Virus record (IMG/VR): IMGVR_UViG_3300027917_000034
Location: 17,892-81,891 of that record
Origin: a virus
DNA length: 64,000 nt
Direction: 5' to 3' (one strand)
A program made the position numbers and the translations under genes. Every line of letters begins with the position of its first letter. Position 1 is the stretch's first letter. Positions 62,016 to 64,000 of this stretch are shown here, piece after piece. The notes below the pieces were generated by a model. It did not search any database, was not told the DNA's origin, and saw only the letters and a list, made by a program, of their open reading frames with translations.

Positions 62016-64000
62016 GTGGCTTTGAATTTCATGGGGCTTGGCTTCTCGTTCGGTGCGAAAGACGCCGGCCTTGACGATGCCCTTGGGGGCGTCAACGACA
62101 AATTCAAGCAACTGAATGATTCGATCAAGGACTTCCAGGTCAACGCCGCCGAGGGCCTCTCCCCGGCCGAGGGGATGTTCGAGGACATCACCGATCAGCT
62201 AGACGATCTGATGGTGGGGGAGGACAAGTGGTCGTTCAAAGACCTCGACTTGGACCTCCCGACCGACCCGAAAGACCAGGTAGACGACCTCTCCAACGCC
62301 ATGGGAAGTATGGCGGAGGGGGCGGCGCTCGGAGGGACGAAATTCGGGCGTATGGCAAACTCCGTTCTCGGCGGGGCTGGCAAGATCACCGGAGCGCTGG
62401 GCTGGGTCGGCATGGCCATCGGCCCGGTCATCTCAGGGTTCGGGCAGGCGGCCGAGACGGCCGGCAACATGATCGACACTGTGGCCGGCATTCCAGGCCG
62501 CGTCTCGGACCAGATACACCGGCTCGCCAACGACGGCATCAACCTGACCAACAGCCTGGAGGGGGAGGCCGTAGCGCTCGGGCAGACGGCCAGGTCGGTC
62601 GGCGTCAACATGGGCTACACCGGGGCCAACCTGCGCCGCTTCATCGGGCAGGCGACCGGCATGGCGATGGGGCTCAACATCGGCGCCGACGAGGCGGCCC
62701 GCGCCATCCGCGCGTGGGATGAGTCGGCCGAGACGCTTGGAGCGACAGGGCTGAGTAGCGCACAGGACGTAGCTCGGCTCACGGCCGCGTTGGGCATCAA
62801 CGCCGACGTCCTCCGCAACTCAACCCTCGAATTGAGAAATCTCGGTGCCGAGGACGAGCAGATACACCTCGTCACGTCAGCCCTGGCTCAGATGGGTCGG
62901 GAGACCGGCGATGTGTCCGGGGCCTTGAACGAGCTACCCCAGGTCTTGCAGATGCTCGAACGCCGCCGGGCGCTGGGGGACACCCCGGAGCAGATGGCGG
63001 CCTTCGCTGCGGACACGGCGGCGGCTGCGCGGGGCCTCTTTGAATTCACGCAGGACTCCGAGCGCGCCCGGCAGATGGCGTCTGAGTTGGCGGGAACAGT
63101 CACGGAGAGCCGCGAGGCATTCCAGAATATGTTCGCTGGCACAGAGGACCAGCTTCCGCAGTTGGCGACCGAGCTAGCGATCACGACCGGCGACGTCCAG
63201 CGGTCGTTCCAAATGATGCGGGAGGGGCCTGGCGGCCTCATCCAAGGTATCGGGGAGCTTGTCCAGCAGACCGGAGGCCAGGGCGAGCGGTTCGAGCGGC
63301 TCATGGGGTTCATGCGAGGCCGGTTGCAACAGGTCTTCGGTCCCGAGATGACGGGCACGCTGGTCAACTTCTGGCGGACGATGGACTCCGAGACCGTTGG
63401 GGCTATGCAAGCGATTCGCGGTGCCTCAGTGGACCTCGGAGAGATGGGCCGGGAGGCCCACACGACAGGCCGGACGCTGGACGAGGTGTTCGAGCGCATG
63501 CGAGCGGGCTTCCAAACTGCCTTCCGACGCATCGCGCGTCCGGCCGTGCGGGATTTCGTCCGCGACACGGGGCGCCAGCTTCGCCGGCTGCGACGGTCCA
63601 TGAACGCAGCGGCAGCGGACTCTGGCGCTCTCGGCACCGTCATGGAGCAACTGTCGCTCGCCTCGCAGATCGGCGGCCTAGCGCTCCTGCCCGAGGAGCT
63701 ACGGGGTACGGCCATCGCTGCCGACGAGCTACAGGGCATGGTGACGCCCCTCATCCAAGCGTTCGGGACGTGGGGCGGGCTCGTGGAGACTGTCGGCGCG
63801 TACATCGCCCTGTTCGCCACCGAAGTCATCATGGCCCGGGAGGAAGTAGGTTCGTGGGGTGAGGCCATCGACCGCACGGCAGACCGCTTTGCCGGGATGT
63901 TCGTTGAATGGCTCGATGAGGCGGAGCGATTCCTTGTGCAGTTTGCCGAGGGGTTCGCCACGTTCGATTGGGATGCCCTCTTCGGCCGCGCGGGAGAGGA
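62016..64000 (+). CDS. tape measure protein, 3'-truncated (absent from ORF track)
   Basis: GGAGG + GTG; MALNFMGLGFSFGAKD; Ala/Gly-rich helical frame runs to window end. Confidence 0.85.
   Translation, partial: MALNFMGLGFSFGAKDAGLDDALGGVNDKFKQLNDSIKDFQVNAAEGLSPAEGMFEDITDQLDDLMVGEDKWSFKDLDLDLPTDPKDQVDDLSNAMGSMAEGAALGGTKFGRMANSVLGGAGKITGALGWVGMAIGPVISGFGQAAETAGNMIDTVAGIPGRVSDQIHRLANDGINLTNSLEGEAVALGQTARSVGVNMGYTGANLRRFIGQATGMAMGLNIGADEAARAIRAWDESAETLGATGLSSAQDVARLTAALGINADVLRNSTLELRNLGAEDEQIHLVTSALAQMGRETGDVSGALNELPQVLQMLERRRALGDTPEQMAAFAADTAAAARGLFEFTQDSERARQMASELAGTVTESREAFQNMFAGTEDQLPQLATELAITTGDVQRSFQMMREGPGGLIQGIGELVQQTGGQGERFERLMGFMRGRLQQVFGPEMTGTLVNFWRTMDSETVGAMQAIRGASVDLGEMGREAHTTGRTLDEVFERMRAGFQTAFRRIARPAVRDFVRDTGRQLRRLRRSMNAAAADSGALGTVMEQLSLASQIGGLALLPEELRGTAIAADELQGMVTPLIQAFGTWGGLVETVGAYIALFATEVIMAREEVGSWGEAIDRTADRFAGMFVEWLDEAERFLVQFAEGFATFDWDALFGRAGE

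Noticed and set aside
1-64000. Stop-codon reassignment
   Set aside because: TAG, TGA and TAA all end full-length conserved genes, with coupled downstream starts
55714-64000. Stand-alone contractile injection system or tailocin
   Set aside because: Linked to terminase, portal, capsid and a full replication module, so it is a phage tail

Overview
This window is a continuous 64-kb slice of a high-GC tailed-phage (myovirus) genome. All credible genes are on the + strand; no integrase, rRNA, tRNA or CRISPR array was seen. 1-12.5 kb: accessory genes, including family-4 UDG, a KhpA-like KH protein, a MoxR-type AAA+/VWA pair, a metzincin protease, and SleB-like and glycoside-hydrolase-like proteins. 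12.5-28.4 kb: replication/recombination module with an HTH initiator carrying internal iterons, a DnaC-like loader, DnaB, DnaG, two SSBs, an SF2 helicase, RecA, PD-(D/E)XK nucleases, RuvC and ParB-N. 28.4-40 kb: a 1607-aa multidomain protein (repeats + atypical kinase + possible ADP-ribosyltransferase), an H1-like protein, PolA, ThyX, ribosomal protein bS21 and an ASCH protein. 40-64 kb: T4-like virion module (terminase, portal, scaffold, protease, capsid, neck, sheath, two tube-like genes, chaperone, start of tape measure). Best leads: (1) the kinase/ART-like polyvalent protein with a coupled downstream gene; (2) a two-state RNA leader in front of the replication initiator; (3) a probable -1 frameshift adding a basic tail to the acidic scaffold; (4) SSB-type acidic 'PF' tails on DnaB and other proteins while the bacterial-type SSB is tailless; (5) a 15-bp palindrome in four intergenic gaps; (6) phage-borne KhpA plus bS21. 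All calls come from motif recognition by eye; no searches were run.
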